Virus record (IMG/VR): IMGVR_UViG_3300002133_000084
DNA length: 64,000 nt
From: an uncultured virus (IMG/VR IMGVR_UViG_3300002133_000084)
Taxonomy: Duplodnaviria; Heunggongvirae; Uroviricota; Caudoviricetes
Direction: 5' to 3' (one strand)
Positions 55,683-64,000 of the stretch are shown here, in pieces. How positions within the stretch are numbered: position 1 is the stretch's first letter; the number at the start of each line of letters is the position of its first letter. The position numbers were made by a program, and so were the translations under genes. Under the pieces are notes generated by a model. That model made no database searches. It saw only the letters and a program-made list of their open reading frames with translations, and was not told the DNA's origin.

Positions 55683-56992
55683 GCAGCTTGCCTTGCTCTT
55701 TCGTCTACACCTTTAATACGATCCTTCACTCTATAGTTCCCATATTTATCCTGCCACACTTTGATCAAGTTGAATATATCATAGTGATCTGAGTGCAGAT
55801 TCGGGTGAGATAATATGGCGAGAATAGTCTCAGTGTTCTTCTCTGGATCCGGTAGGGCCATAGCTTGACTAAGAGTTATACCATTTGTGGCCCCATTGGA
55901 TAGCACTTCTATGCACCCCCATTTCTTCCATAGAAAAGTGGCGAACTGACTGGAGATGAATGGATTTGTTGCCATGGAGATAATAGCAGCACGATTCTCC
56001 GATCTATCTTCGGCAATAAACCTCAACGTCTTCTCGTCCGTATTGAGATTACCAGCTACAGCCATTCGAACCTCAGAATACTTATCCCTAGACAGTCGAT
56101 CCAACAGCGCGCGCGTGGCGTTGGCAGACTTTGCCACATAAGCCCTTATGTCCTTGTGATCATTACACCGGGAAATGCCCCACAACGTACCAGCGCCCAC
56201 GTTGTGGTTTTCCGTTATATTCATTAAGGATGCCTGCGCTGAATAATCATACCCGCCCCCAGCTAAGCGATCAATGCATTCATTCGATATGATATCCAAC
56301 ACGCGCATGGGGCAGTGATGATTCTTGGATAACTCCAAATAAGTTTGCTTGTCTTTCGACTTTAAGAGTAACTCCCAAACGGCTTCATCCAATCCTGGAT
56401 CTGGCCTCCTTGCCAATCTATTTCTAACACTGGCGATCCTAGATCCCTTTTCCCATATGAGCCGAACAGTCTCCTCTCTACATGCCGGATTACTCGACAG
56501 TTCATTGAGAACAGAATCAGAAGACTCGCGCGTGGCCAACATATGCAAGACGTTGGGCGGAGTCATCCTATTGCCAGCCAAAGAAGATTTTACTCCGACG
56601 GACGGATCCTTCAGCAATCTATGGGCCGCCTCCTCGTATATATCTTCCCTCTTGGCTATGTTCTGCCTAATACTAAATGTATCAGCCTTTGAAACTATCA
56701 GCACTTGAAGCTCGGCCGGCAATCCGCGCCACCTGGAAAACTCATGCAAATGCCTTCCAGATTTAATAGACTCCTCCATTGCCCCAATGCAGAATGAGCT
56801 ATTATTGCACAGGCGATCAAAGATCGTCGTAGTTCCACTACTCTTTTCCAGTAGGGCAACCTGAACTTTCGGGCTCAAATTTTCGCGCCCGGCGGCCTTT
56901 AACATCGTTCCTATCTTTCCGTCGCCAATCAACTTCAACAGCTGATCGTCTTCGGTAAATGGGTTTTCCACTAAAGTATCTTCAATGTTCAT
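55679..56992 (-). CDS. LRV/HEAT-like repeat protein
   Basis: repeated V-x-x-x-L/V-A-x-N-x-x-T-x-x-x-x-L units. Confidence 0.7.
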   Translation of the reverse strand: MNIEDTLVENPFTEDDQLLKLIGDGKIGTMLKAAGRENLSPKVQVALLEKSSGTTTIFDRLCNNSSFCIGAMEESIKSGRHLHEFSRWRGLPAELQVLIVSKADTFSIRQNIAKREDIYEEAAHRLLKDPSVGVKSSLAGNRMTPPNVLHMLATRESSDSVLNELSSNPACREETVRLIWEKGSRIASVRNRLARRPDPGLDEAVWELLLKSKDKQTYLELSKNHHCPMRVLDIISNECIDRLAGGGYDYSAQASLMNITENHNVGAGTLWGISRCNDHKDIRAYVAKSANATRALLDRLSRDKYSEVRMAVAGNLNTDEKTLRFIAEDRSENRAAIISMATNPFISSQFATFLWKKWGCIEVLSNGATNGITLSQAMALPDPEKNTETILAILSHPNLHSDHYDIFNLIKVWQDKYGNYRVKDRIKGVDERARQAA

Positions 56993-57374
56993 TTTTTTCC
57001 TCCCGCTCGGCGTCTTTGCGATCCATTTCTTCCAGCCTTCTAGATAGCGGCTCCGGCTTATTCATCCAGGGCTCTATCTTCATTCCCTCAATCCAATCCT
57101 GAAAAGAGGGGATGTGCCCAGAGAAATCCTCTCGCACATGCTGCTCTGATATTAGCCGCGTAGGCACTTTCTTGCCATCCGAATTGGTTATAGTCACGCC
57201 GAACAGGCGCTCCGACTCGAAGATGCCCTGCGCGTGATGCCGCATGGCCCGGTGTCGTGGATCAGCAATAATTTCCTTGGATGCGTCAAACCAATTATGG
57301 ATCTCGATATAATTTTCAGGCTCGCCGCCAAACTTCCTCGCCGACGACATAGCGTGGTGCCAAGAGTGTGACAT
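56982..57374 (-). CDS. DUF6915-like protein
   Basis: HA-x-SSARKFGG...IH-x-WFD-x-SK...RHRA-x-RHH-x-x-GIF...EQHV-x-ED. Confidence 0.7.
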   Translation of the reverse strand: MSHSWHHAMSSARKFGGEPENYIEIHNWFDASKEIIADPRHRAMRHHAQGIFESERLFGVTITNSDGKKVPTRLISEQHVREDFSGHIPSFQDWIEGMKIEPWMNKPEPLSRRLEEMDRKDAEREEKNEH

Positions 57375-57877
57375 TATTTACTCTCCGTTTTTAATACATT
57401 CTTGATAGTTCTTTCAAAGATTGCTATCGCCACCTCGTTAGGTAATTCGCCATCTCTGAGCCGTTGAAAATGATTCAACAGATCACGCCCCAGATCCCTA
57501 GCTAAGTCCGAGTCGACGTCAGTGGATCCGTGCCTAATACAATCATCGATATAGAGGGTGTCTGTCATTTTGGTTTCCCACGACTCTACGTCCAACTCCC
57601 ACTCTCCAGTCTCGTGATCCGTCAACTCAGCGTAGTCAAATCCAAGGGGGTAGGGGTGATGCAAAAGCCTCCAATCATTCTCTGCGTCCCAGTCTACAAC
57701 CCAAGACTCATTTTCATCATAGAATTCAACGTCGCCGTGAAAATGAGTCTCATCCGAATTAAACAGTAGGGCCCACTTTATTTTTCGTATATTCTCGCCC
57801 AATAAGATCTGGCGATGGGCCTCCACCTTATCCATGAGCCCGTCGGCCACCATCTTCTCAATTGCCTCTTTACTCAT
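57374..57877 (-). CDS. acidic hypothetical protein, paralog A
   Basis: start MSKEAIEK at 57877; shares G-L-x-D...IL...W...DETH-x-x-G-x-VEF with the neighbouring gene. Confidence 0.65.
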   Translation of the reverse strand: MSKEAIEKMVADGLMDKVEAHRQILLGENIRKIKWALLFNSDETHFHGDVEFYDENESWVVDWDAENDWRLLHHPYPLGFDYAELTDHETGEWELDVESWETKMTDTLYIDDCIRHGSTDVDSDLARDLGRDLLNHFQRLRDGELPNEVAIAIFERTIKNVLKTESK

Positions 57878-58406
57878 TGACGGCCCCCTTTTCAGCCCTA
57901 TAAGCCAATAGATCCTTGTGCTCACTCAGATTAAAGCCGTGCTCTATCATAGACACTATATCGGACAATTGAGCCATATCTGGAGGGCTCATTGGATCAA
58001 TGTCCTCGAGTAATTTTATAACCTCTACCCCAATTTTACGTGCGTTATGCGGATCAACCCATTCGGATTCCAGGTACACATCGTCAACCTTATAGCAATC
58101 CTCTAAGCAGACAGCATTCTCTTCGCCCACACGCCACTCCCACAAACCCGAATCATGCCCATTAAGCCTTTCAATGAGATCTATATTTCTATCAAACGGA
58201 TCGAGTTCGCCGTCTGGCCAATACGACTTAACGGTTTCCCCATCTTCATTGATAAACTCAACCTCTCCATAGGGGTGCGTCTCGTCTGCATCCCACACAT
58301 TCTGCCATCGAACCCTCACAATCTCATGGCCAGCCAGAATTCCCAGGTAGGCTTGAAAGGGATCAATCAATCCTTCTTCTGCAAGATTTTTCACAGTGTC
58401 GCTCAT
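57870..58406 (-). CDS. acidic hypothetical protein, paralog B
   Basis: 178 aa; DETHPYGEVEF motif. Confidence 0.65.
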   Translation of the reverse strand: MSDTVKNLAEEGLIDPFQAYLGILAGHEIVRVRWQNVWDADETHPYGEVEFINEDGETVKSYWPDGELDPFDRNIDLIERLNGHDSGLWEWRVGEENAVCLEDCYKVDDVYLESEWVDPHNARKIGVEVIKLLEDIDPMSPPDMAQLSDIVSMIEHGFNLSEHKDLLAYRAEKGAVNE

Positions 58407-58501
58407 TTTAGTTCATCCTTTTTGTGGATTCTATTGTATTCCCATCTCCTCTGCGCGCAGACGTATAATGCCGCGCGACAGCGAGGTGGGGGCATTAAAT
58501 A

Positions 58502-58867
58502 TCACGATGCCACCTCAATCCTTGCGCCCATTGATCCAGAGCTGCTCGATCCCATGAGCACGTCAGCGCCAAATCCATGTATCTGCTCTCTGCGCAACTC
58601 GGCTTCCTCTCTCGAGCAAGTATGCACAATGACTTCGCCATTGCTATTTACATGATTGGCCATCTCGCGCGCCTTGCTTTTGGAGTGGCCAAAGATGGCT
58701 CCTAGCATGCTGATGACGTATTCAAACGTATGATAATCATCATCCAGTAAGATCACATGCCAAGGCTTCATCAGTTCAGTGTTGACTTCTTCCACTTTAG
58801 ACGTTCCCGTCTCAAATCCTATTTGACTCATTTGATTACGCCACCATTCATCTGTATCAAAAGGCAT
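58502..58867 (-). CDS. clpS: ATP-dependent Clp protease adaptor ClpS
   Basis: VILLDDDYHTFEYV...IFGHS...G-x-x-IV...SREEAE. Confidence 0.85.
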   Translation of the reverse strand: MPFDTDEWWRNQMSQIGFETGTSKVEEVNTELMKPWHVILLDDDYHTFEYVISMLGAIFGHSKSKAREMANHVNSNGEVIVHTCSREEAELRREQIHGFGADVLMGSSSSGSMGARIEVAS

Positions 58868-59474
58868 ACCTCACCTCATTACACATCTCATGTATAAGTA
58901 TGTATCCCCTAGCTATAGTTAGGGGCTTGGATTCACTGCTGGATTTTATGTCCGCTTCGTGCCGGAGTAGGACTGATCTTTTCATCGAGCTCCCACAGGC
59001 CTTAGCCAACATCGAAAGCACGAACAAAAAGAGCTTCCTTGGATCTTCCTCCGATGAGAACTTGTACCACAGCAACAAGGCCTCCTGCTCATCCTTCCGC
59101 TCTATGGCCCGCACAATCTGAATGGCGGGTGGGGGAGCCTTCTTTTTGGTGTCGGATGAAAAAATGAAGGCTCCTATATTCTTGGGGATTTTAGGCTTAA
59201 TGCCATGGCAGGATACTATTACTGTCGAGTATTCAGATGCCTCCTTAACAATCTTCCATCCCGCTGCGCTCAAATTCTCACCGCGGCGAACTAGTAGGTA
59301 TTTATCGGATCCAAATAGAGACATAGTATCCAGGTGGGGGAGTGGGCTATTCTTCACAATATCCCCACCATCTACAACAATCCTTATGGATTCACCGAAC
59401 GCAGATTCCAACTCTTCAATCTTGGCGTCCCTGGCCGGCCCATCTAATCCATAAACTGCCATTATATCATTCAT
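58857..59474 (-). CDS. DNA polymerase III delta (HolA)-like protein
   Basis: VYG-x-D, TMSLFG-x-x-K-x-L-L-V, and C-terminal EADIKSS; shorter than the cellular protein. Confidence 0.55.
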   Translation of the reverse strand: MNDIMAVYGLDGPARDAKIEELESAFGESIRIVVDGGDIVKNSPLPHLDTMSLFGSDKYLLVRRGENLSAAGWKIVKEASEYSTVIVSCHGIKPKIPKNIGAFIFSSDTKKKAPPPAIQIVRAIERKDEQEALLLWYKFSSEEDPRKLFLFVLSMLAKACGSSMKRSVLLRHEADIKSSSESKPLTIARGYILIHEMCNEVRYAF

Positions 59475-59478
59475 ATAC

Positions 59479-59802
59479 CTAAAAACTGGCCACTTCAGGC
59501 CAATCCTCACCCGGGTTCCAGGAGTGAAGACTCCACTCCGCATTCCAATGCTCGGCCCATTTATATCCACACTCGCATTCTAATTTCACATTCAACTCAT
59601 CGATTGATCCGCCATTATCATTCTCATCGACGACGTCTCCCACATAGCCGCACTCAGGGCACATCTGCAGATCTTTAACCGGAACTTCACCGGATTCCTT
59701 TTTCGCCTCTTCTATCTTTGCCCTTAGCTCCAAAAATTCCTTATGGACAATGGGAGCCAGGGCTCCAGATAGCATATCCAACTCTTTATTACTCAGGTTC
59801 AT
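59479..59802 (-). CDS. small zinc-ribbon protein
   Basis: CPECG and CECG; ATG at 59802 after GGAGG. Confidence 0.6.
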   Translation of the reverse strand: MNLSNKELDMLSGALAPIVHKEFLELRAKIEEAKKESGEVPVKDLQMCPECGYVGDVVDENDNGGSIDELNVKLECECGYKWAEHWNAEWSLHSWNPGEDWPEVASF

Positions 59803-60056
59803 TTTGATTCCTCCTATGTTTTGGGTGGCGCTTATACTTGCCGCCCTTGTCCAGCTCCTCTTTCTTCGTTGGAGGGGGGAGCGCCCTCCGCGTCTTTTTG
59901 AACAGCTCACGCCTGTCTATTTTTTTGCTCATGTAAATACTCTTTCAGTGAATCCTCCAAACCCCACAGCGGGATAATTTTATTTCGAATCCACGCAACG
60001 AGTCCCGCCACAACAATCATCGTCACAGTGAACGCTATTAACTTCCAGTCCATTCT

Positions 60057-60284
60057 CTATTTCCTTGTGTATTCTGCGTGCACGTCCCTGACTAGGATTA
60101 CCTCTAGCTCCCATCGCACGCTGCTATCACTGGTAAACATTCCAGTTTCTATATTCACAATGCCAGTGGGAACACTGGATCCAACCACTTGATGTAGCTG
60201 TTCATCTTTAAGGAAAAAGTCCCCAATTTCCACATTTTTAAGGGGGCCTGTGCTGTTATCTTTCGCGCTTTTTGTGAATGCCAT
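60057..60284 (-). CDS. hypothetical protein
   Basis: 75 aa ORF with AGGAG RBS. Confidence 0.55.
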   Translation of the reverse strand: MAFTKSAKDNSTGPLKNVEIGDFFLKDEQLHQVVGSSVPTGIVNIETGMFTSDSSVRWELEVILVRDVHAEYTRK

Positions 60285-60420
60285 TTTTTTCTCCTATTAC
60301 AATTTTAAGTGCCAGTTTCTCTGCCTCTTCCCGCGGCAGGCCACCATCATATTCCATGATGGCAGCCCGCTCCTCGAAGTCTTCTCTCTGCTCTTCTGTT
60401 AAATCGCTAAAGTCAACCAT
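60256..60420 (-). CDS. 54-aa protein with EERAAIMEYDGGLPREEAE motif (not in ORF track)
   Basis: own translation; fills the gap in the minus-strand operon. Confidence 0.6.
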   Translation of the reverse strand: MVDFSDLTEEQREDFEERAAIMEYDGGLPREEAEKLALKIVIGEKNGIHKKRER

Positions 60421-60679
60421 CCTTGAATCTCTTTATATCGTCGTAGTCCACCCACACCCATGCCATGACATAGGCGCCGCGATCCGACTCAGATATGCGT
60501 GAAGTGGGGAGCACTTCCTTACCGTCTTCCATGAGGAATTCATCTATCTCCACCTCACCATCGCTGTTGTGTTTGTCTCTGGCGATCTCGATTAACTCAT
60601 CAGCGGTTGCTAAAACCACGGGCTCCTCTTCATCCTCCTCATCATAGGAATTGATGAATGAGTATTCTTTATCGCTCAA
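60413..60679 (-). CDS. acidic hypothetical protein
   Basis: 88 aa; GAYVMAWVWV motif. Confidence 0.6.
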   Translation of the reverse strand: MSDKEYSFINSYDEEDEEEPVVLATADELIEIARDKHNSDGEVEIDEFLMEDGKEVLPTSRISESDRGAYVMAWVWVDYDDIKRFKDG

Positions 60680-61753
60680 TTATTTCCCCCTCTTGTATTT
60701 AAGTTGTGATAGCAGGCAGTCCTCGAATCCCTGATCATCGCGCGGCCCTATGTATTGCGGTTGAAATAGGCTGCCACCCCGATAGGCGTAGAGATATTCC
60801 ACCTCAATAATGAAGCCCTCTAGTGGGATCTCCTTGTTCGGCGGAATTGTCACATTGCCAACTGGTACCCACTTTCGGCTGTCAATGTTATCCAAAAGAG
60901 ACATTGCCACGCTGCGCTTTTCATTGACGGCTGTTACATATACCGTAGCGGTGGCGTATAACTTGTACTTCAATTGATCGCCGCCGTTGGCCGGCCGATT
61001 TTCCGTGAAGGGAGCATCCCACCGCTTAAAGACAATGCCCTCAGCATTATCCTTAATAAGCTGCTCATATAGAAATCGCTTGCCAGCGCTCGTCCTCGCA
61101 GACTTCACTCGCTCGATGGGCCCAGAGAAATTTAAATCCTCCAGGCAATCCATGCGCTCATGGTAGGGTAGGGGGCGCAAGTCTTTTCCATTGAGCTCTA
61201 ATAAATCAAAGGCAAACATCATATCGCCCATATCCTCACCGTCGACTAAGAATTTACCGTCGACTGTAGATACATAGTCTGCAATAGATTTAGACATGCC
61301 CGTGGTGAGCCCCTTCTTATTGATGGCTATTATATCATCAGCCTTCTTAATCATCCGGCGCTCACCATCATGCTTCTCCTGCGCCCAATAGCGATCGTCT
61401 TCTATTAGTCGCAGCACCTCATCTTCCTCGATGAAGTTTAAAAGCTGTGGGCGCGCACCAGAATCAACTTGATCGCTCTCGTAATGCATGGCGGCCGCAT
61501 CAGATCCAACCGGCTTATACATGCTGGCGATCTTACTCTTCACCAGCTTATCATACTCTTTCTTGGCCTTGTCGTACGGCACCGGAGTTTTTGTTTTTAT
61601 CCGCACCTTCATGGTGCCTCCGCGTGGGCCATTCGCGCCGTGCACCATGAAAAGCCCGCCTTCCACCTCTTCGAGGAAGGCATTGTATATCTTATCACTA
61701 CTGCCCTCCGTATTGTGGAGGCTTATGCTCTCATTTCTATCGCTCATGATCAC
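60680..61753 (-). CDS. WGR-like domain plus ATP-dependent DNA ligase-like protein
   Basis: SSDKIY...G-x-RG N-terminus; QEKHDGER, VDGE, AFDLL, EGIVFK, KYK, OB-fold IEVEYLY. Confidence 0.85.
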   Translation of the reverse strand: MIMSDRNESISLHNTEGSSDKIYNAFLEEVEGGLFMVHGANGPRGGTMKVRIKTKTPVPYDKAKKEYDKLVKSKIASMYKPVGSDAAAMHYESDQVDSGARPQLLNFIEEDEVLRLIEDDRYWAQEKHDGERRMIKKADDIIAINKKGLTTGMSKSIADYVSTVDGKFLVDGEDMGDMMFAFDLLELNGKDLRPLPYHERMDCLEDLNFSGPIERVKSARTSAGKRFLYEQLIKDNAEGIVFKRWDAPFTENRPANGGDQLKYKLYATATVYVTAVNEKRSVAMSLLDNIDSRKWVPVGNVTIPPNKEIPLEGFIIEVEYLYAYRGGSLFQPQYIGPRDDQGFEDCLLSQLKYKRGK

Positions 61754-61754
61754 C

Positions 61755-61973
61755 CTAATCGTAGGTTATAGAGGCCTCTATCTGCGCCCCCAATTCATGC
61801 TGGTGCACATCTACTGATATGCTGGGATTTTCACTTTCGTGGCTCCAACTATAACACTTGAACTCCCCGCCGAAATCCTCGTGCGGCCCATCGAATTCCG
61901 ATAGTTTCATCCCTACGGATTCTGCCAGTATGGAGGCAATTCTTATAACCTTCTCTTTGTTTGGCGCGGGCAT
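61755..61973 (-). CDS. hypothetical protein
   Basis: 72 aa, abuts neighbouring genes. Confidence 0.5.
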   Translation of the reverse strand: MPAPNKEKVIRIASILAESVGMKLSEFDGPHEDFGGEFKCYSWSHESENPSISVDVHQHELGAQIEASITYD

Positions 61974-62354
61974 CTATATCTCCTCAATGTTAATACGGAA
62001 CTTGCGCCCCGTGGTGCGCGATGTCATGATACGCCCATCTTCTATGATCGACGCATCTCCACCGTCGAAACCATAATAAATCAGTGGCTCCACTTTATTG
62101 CCGCGATCGTCTTCTCGGTAGTGGTATTTCTCTCCCACTTCAAATCGATCATTTTCTTCATTGGGCTCGCACTGCATAAAGTCCAGGCCAAATATCCCAG
62201 ACTCTATGCCCCTATCGGAGAGGACGTCGTCCATGACATCCTCTCCCTCTAGCTCCACCTCGACTATCACCTCATCTTCGTCGTCGTAACACTCCCTAAA
62301 TTGGACGATTCTTATATGTGGATTACTCGTCGTCTCCAGCTCGTCGTGTTCCAT
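61974..62354 (-). CDS. acidic hypothetical protein
   Basis: 126 aa, abuts rtcB. Confidence 0.55.
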   Translation of the reverse strand: MEHDELETTSNPHIRIVQFRECYDDEDEVIVEVELEGEDVMDDVLSDRGIESGIFGLDFMQCEPNEENDRFEVGEKYHYREDDRGNKVEPLIYYGFDGGDASIIEDGRIMTSRTTGRKFRINIEEI

Positions 62355-63752
62355 TTAATCTCCGTCGTCTGAATGTCCGCCCATCACAACCGCTACGGGC
62401 TTCATCTTTGCCACTACGTCCACCAAGATGCCATCCTGCAAAGCGATGACGCGCTCGATGTCTTTATAGGCTGTGAATGCTTCATCGCCCTCAATGCCGT
62501 CATGGAGGATTTGATTATCCTTCATGTGGCGCGAGAAGCGATTGTAGTCGAACTTACTCTTTGAGGCCGTACGCGATTCGTGTCGTCCAGCTCCGTGCGA
62601 ACACGAGTAAACAGACGACTCTTCTCCCAGTCCCTCCACCAAATACGAGTTCGTCCCAGATGAGCCCGGTATAATACCAGGAACACCTTTATGCGCTGGT
62701 GTTGCCCCCTTGCGGTGGACAACCAAGTCGTTCTCTTCCCACGCAAAGTTGTGGTGATTTTCCAGCACGTCGAACTTTTTACCAGCGGCACTAATCGGAG
62801 TTCCGCGATCCACCGGCATCACGTCACACCGCATATCTCTTATGAAGTTTGCGTGTATCAAATGGTGATTGGCCTGTGCGTAGAGCCCCATAAGATTCAT
62901 CACCTTCCAATACTCGCGCCCAATGTCTGTATCCATATCCAGCCAGCAATAGGAGGAGGGGACACCGCGCGCGATGCGCCTGGTATAATATTCTGCCGCA
63001 CTGCAGTACTTCTTCGCCATCTTGTAGCCCACGCCACGCGATCCAGAGTGGGTGACAAGACAACTAAACTGATCGCCCTTTTTGAGGGGAATCCAATCCA
63101 CCTCTTTAATGATCTCTCCCACCATTACGTCCGCGAAGTGGTTCCCGCCACCGGAGGTTCCCAGCTGCGAGTGTGCTAAATCCTTCAGGGAATGCAGTGG
63201 CAAGTCCTTGTCATCCCACTCGGGCCGATCCATCACGTCGTGATCTTTACGCTTATCGAACGTCTCAAACCCAAAGCGAGTATTCTTCTTTAGATTTTTA
63301 AACGCCTTGTCGCGCATCTTGCCGTGCATATCACGCCCCGGTATATCCATGATCGTCATACACATACGGCAGGCAATATCCACGCCCACCATGGAAGGGG
63401 AGACGGCATTTTTAAGGGCCGCCACACCGCCAACGGGGAGCGCGTATCCAACTTGTCCGTCGGGCAACACGGCACCCGCTTCGAACACGGGGAGCTTCGC
63501 CGCATTGTCCATCTGGGACATTACGTCGTATGCAAAGTCCAGCCCCGGATCGCCAAACATCGCATAGGGCACCTTCTTGTCGCGCATCTTTAACATCGAT
63601 CGCACGTTAAATTCTCTGCGTACCGTAGACACAATGTCCTCTGGGGCCATGTTGCCGCGCCCCAACTCGGAGGCCCGCCGACAAAGAGCGGGGAAGTTGC
63701 CTACCAGATCTGGCGTAATTCCAGAGTCTCTTATTATCTTATTGGTGTCCAA
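62355..63752 (-). CDS. rtcB: RtcB RNA ligase
   Basis: VGVDIAC, GTSGGGNHF, HSGSRG, HHNFA, HRKGAT, SHGAGR, DE-x-x-x-AYKDI. Confidence 0.92.
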   Translation of the reverse strand: MDTNKIIRDSGITPDLVGNFPALCRRASELGRGNMAPEDIVSTVRREFNVRSMLKMRDKKVPYAMFGDPGLDFAYDVMSQMDNAAKLPVFEAGAVLPDGQVGYALPVGGVAALKNAVSPSMVGVDIACRMCMTIMDIPGRDMHGKMRDKAFKNLKKNTRFGFETFDKRKDHDVMDRPEWDDKDLPLHSLKDLAHSQLGTSGGGNHFADVMVGEIIKEVDWIPLKKGDQFSCLVTHSGSRGVGYKMAKKYCSAAEYYTRRIARGVPSSYCWLDMDTDIGREYWKVMNLMGLYAQANHHLIHANFIRDMRCDVMPVDRGTPISAAGKKFDVLENHHNFAWEENDLVVHRKGATPAHKGVPGIIPGSSGTNSYLVEGLGEESSVYSCSHGAGRHESRTASKSKFDYNRFSRHMKDNQILHDGIEGDEAFTAYKDIERVIALQDGILVDVVAKMKPVAVVMGGHSDDGD

Positions 63753-63755
63753 TTG

Positions 63756-63929
63756 TCACCTCCTTCTTACGTCTGCTGTATCTACGCTATAGTGAGTACA
63801 CCACCGACGATACGTGTTCGTTGATACGCCGAGCGCCCTTCCGGCGTCTGAGTTTGTTCTATACATACGAGATACTCGCTCAACATCTTTTTTTTCTGGG
63901 CGATTAACCTTCCTCTTTACGCTGGCCAT
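63756..63929 (-). CDS. 57-aa Fis-like HTH protein (not in ORF track)
   Basis: own translation ...SDAGRALGVSTNTYRRWC... Confidence 0.55.
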   Translation of the reverse strand: MASVKRKVNRPEKKDVERVSRMYRTNSDAGRALGVSTNTYRRWCTHYSVDTADVRRR

Positions 63930-64000
63930 TCTCTTTCCTCCTAATCCTTTGGGGCGTGCGGATTGGAAACAATGGCAATTGTATACTGCGTGCTCATATT

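Noticed and set aside
1..64000. Apparent abundance of GATC and CGCG words
   Set aside because: Visual impression only; an observed/expected k-mer count is needed and was not done.
1..64000. tRNA, rRNA, portal and terminase genes
   Set aside because: None recognised by eye; they may lie outside the window or be too divergent.

Overview
This window looks like 64 kb of a large contractile-tailed (myovirus-type, probably jumbo-class) phage genome, with no recognisable host housekeeping block. From about 1.2 to 54.6 kb (+ strand) lies a nearly complete virion and lysis region: head/core proteins, an intein-containing prohead protease, scaffold-like proteins, decoration protein, major capsid protein, neck, sheath, tube, frameshifted tail chaperones, tape measure, baseplate, several fibre/spike proteins and an amidase endolysin. 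Portal and terminase were not recognised. Next come a tyrosine recombinase and a minus-strand accessory block (LRV-repeat protein, DUF6915-like, ClpS, HolA-like, WGR-ligase, RtcB). The main finding is a shared ~14-aa N-terminal leader, F-x-x-[EG]-[LMI]-x-K-x-A, on 10 otherwise unrelated genes (plus 2 variants) in two clusters. They include an SF2 helicase, an ART-like protein and a Zn-peptidase. K-x-A also recurs throughout the head proteins and the protease. I infer a capsid-targeting, protease-cleaved tag that loads interchangeable cargo into the head; duplication scars and decayed copies suggest the cargo set turns over. Other signals are a 7-copy ATACCC-N7-GGGTAT intergenic palindrome, a solo IscB-type PLMP/RRXRR protein, an antisense degenerate hybrid kinase, a PAS protein in the lysis cassette, and a GAAC-N4-GTTC box upstream of the recombinase. 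All calls come from reading motifs and synteny by eye; no searches were run.
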